48,377 nt of DNA. Origin: a virus (lineage: Duplodnaviria; Caudoviricetes). Below the pieces are notes generated by a model, which was given only the letters and a program-made list of their open reading frames with translations, searched no databases and had not been told where the DNA came from. This document shows, one piece after another, positions 46,965-48,377 of this stretch (its first letter is position 1; every line of letters begins with the position of its first letter). Position numbers and translations under genes: made by a program. The stretch spans positions 1-48,377 of IMG/VR virus record IMGVR_UViG_3300005323_000009. The stretch is one strand, 5' to 3'.

Positions 46965-47209
46965 AGCTTTCTCCTTTTGATTGAAAGAACCTAACCTACC
47001 TTACTTTACTTTAACACCTTGATTTGTAAACAAGGCGGCTGCAAACGCCTGACAGCCCAAGCTTGGTTAGGTTCTCTTCTTGTGAGTGGTTGGTAGGTTA
47101 GTTAGGTGGTGATGGATGTACCTTTACCAATACCATTACCATTCCCGATACCGATTTATAACGCATTGGATCTATCTGGGAAGAGAAAAATTCCAGTTTC
47201 TTCGAGAAG

Positions 47210-47845
47210 CTACGCTTCCTGGCTTTCGGAAGGAGCTTCCTCTTCTCCCTCCAAGACTTTTTCTTCCTCTGTTTCGGAAACTTCTTCTGAAGCTCCTTCC
47301 TCCTTTTCCATTGCTTCGTTTTTGATCTTTTCCCATTCTGAAAGAGTCTTTCCCTCGAACTGGAGCCCCAGGAGAATAGGTTCGAGACCTTTCTTCGCGG
47401 CCTTTTTCATCCCTGCAGGCATTGCCTCGATTCCCTTTTCGAGCTGCTCGATCATGCTCTGGAGAGCTTCGATTGCGACGGTGTACTTCGGTTTTGCGCC
47501 CCTTCCACCACGGCCTTCGGCTGGTTTATTCCAAAGGCCCTTTTCGGAAATTCTCTTCCAGTTTTCCTCTACGAGCGCTCTTCTTTCGGAGATGGAGAAA
47601 GCAGCTTTTTCGCCTTTTCCCGCGAGGCCGTCAGAGAGTTTCTGTTTGATTCCATTGGAAATGGAATAGCGCAGGATGTCTTCGATGTTTTCCCACTTTA
47701 CATTGCTTCGCAATGTAAGGTTCTTCAAGGAGATTTCAATCGATTCGAGGTTGGTTGATTTATCGAACGTGAGGTAGATGACTCCCTCTATGAGGAGAGT
47801 GTCTTCCTTCCAGGTCATGAGGCGTTTCTTTGCTTCGGCTTCCAT
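47210..47845 (-). CDS. First early gene; hypothetical protein, paralogue of 38210-38710
   Basis: GAGGAG RBS; 'NGIKQKLSDGLA...ENWKRISEKGLW'; acidic tail. Confidence 0.7.
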   Translation of the reverse strand: MEAEAKKRLMTWKEDTLLIEGVIYLTFDKSTNLESIEISLKNLTLRSNVKWENIEDILRYSISNGIKQKLSDGLAGKGEKAAFSISERRALVEENWKRISEKGLWNKPAEGRGGRGAKPKYTVAIEALQSMIEQLEKGIEAMPAGMKKAAKKGLEPILLGLQFEGKTLSEWEKIKNEAMEKEEGASEEVSETEEEKVLEGEEEAPSESQEA

Positions 47846-47861
47846 TTGATTCTCCTCTATT

Positions 47862-47930
47862 CTACAAGGACATAAAGCCGGGTAGGAGGCTGGTTTCCTT
47901 CTTTCTCCTACCCTTCTTATGTCCTTGTAG
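47862..47930. other. Long two-part stem-loop just upstream of the first early gene RBS
   Basis: CTACAAGGACATAA/TTATGTCCTTGTAG (14 bp) enclosing GGGTAGGAG/CTCCTACCC (9 bp). Confidence 0.7.
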
Positions 47931-47941
47931 GTAAGGGTATC

Positions 47942-48254
47942 GGGAATGGTAATGGTATTAGTAATGGGGATGGTAACGGCAACGGCAACGGCAACAAACG
48001 CCCTTAAATATATTCACCCTCACCTCAGCTCGGACTTTCGGTCCATTACTGACACCTCTTTTATATATAATATATAAATATATATACTATATATATAAAA
48101 AGACAAAGCAATACCAAGGAACCTACTTTGTAGACAGAGTCTACTTTCTATCCACTCTCTCAGTAATCAAATACACATTGTGTATTTGGGAGCTGGCGGA
48201 GGGGTGAATATATTTAAAGGGGTTTATTACCGTTGCCATTTCCAATACCAACAC
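47942..48254. promoter_or_regulatory. Origin/control-like cassette 2, inverted counterpart of 1235-1551
   Basis: Hexamers 47942-47995; CCCTTAAATATATTCACCC 48001-48019 and its near-inverse 48202-48221; TA-rich 48059-48100; palindrome 48169-48187. Confidence 0.55.
48169..48187. repeat. 19-bp palindrome copy 13
   Basis: AAATACACATTGTGTATTT. Confidence 0.95.
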
Positions 48255-48377
48255 CAATACCAACAACCATTCCCATGGCGGTTCTTTCGACCTAGAGAGC
48301 ACTCTCCGGTCCATCGCACCAAACCCGGATGCTTCTCTTCCAAGCCCTTTGCCGCCTCTTCCTCTCCTCCAGTCCCC
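48255..48377 (+). repeat. Direct terminal repeat, right copy
   Basis: Identical to 1-123. Confidence 0.95.

Noticed and set aside
1303-48187. The 19-bp palindromes as a CRISPR array or as intrinsic terminators
   Set aside because: Copies are kilobases apart with genes between them and no cas operon is present; a one-base loop, AT-rich stem and no U-tail do not fit terminators.

Overview
This looks like a complete ~48.25 kb tailed-phage genome with a podovirus-like gene set. Bases 1-123 are repeated exactly at 48255-48377, so it reads as a circle. There are two converging arms. The + arm (1768-28446) carries the terminase, portal, scaffold, N4-gp56/DUF4043-like capsid, tail and ejection proteins and a tailspike. 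The - arm (47845-28500) carries many small Cys/Zn early proteins, an ATP-dependent ligase, a PD-(D/E)xK nuclease/AAA/SSB module, a ParB-methyltransferase fusion, a UDG-PolA fusion, ThyX and a DUF3987-like NTPase. I recognised no integrase, RNA polymerase, primase, endolysin or tRNA. Four things stand out. (1) A tail-region gene is interrupted by one in-frame UGA embedded in a hairpin resembling a bacterial SECIS, making it a candidate phage selenoprotein or programmed readthrough. (2) Thirteen copies of the 19-bp palindrome AAATACACA(A/T)TGTGTATTT are spread rather evenly round the genome, alongside a ParB(CTPase+HTH)-methyltransferase fusion, which suggests a possible parS-like loaded methylation system. 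(3) Two inverted ~300-bp origin-like cassettes head the two arms. (4) One virion protein has nested 'Russian-doll' repeats. All family assignments come from motifs read by eye; no searches were run.
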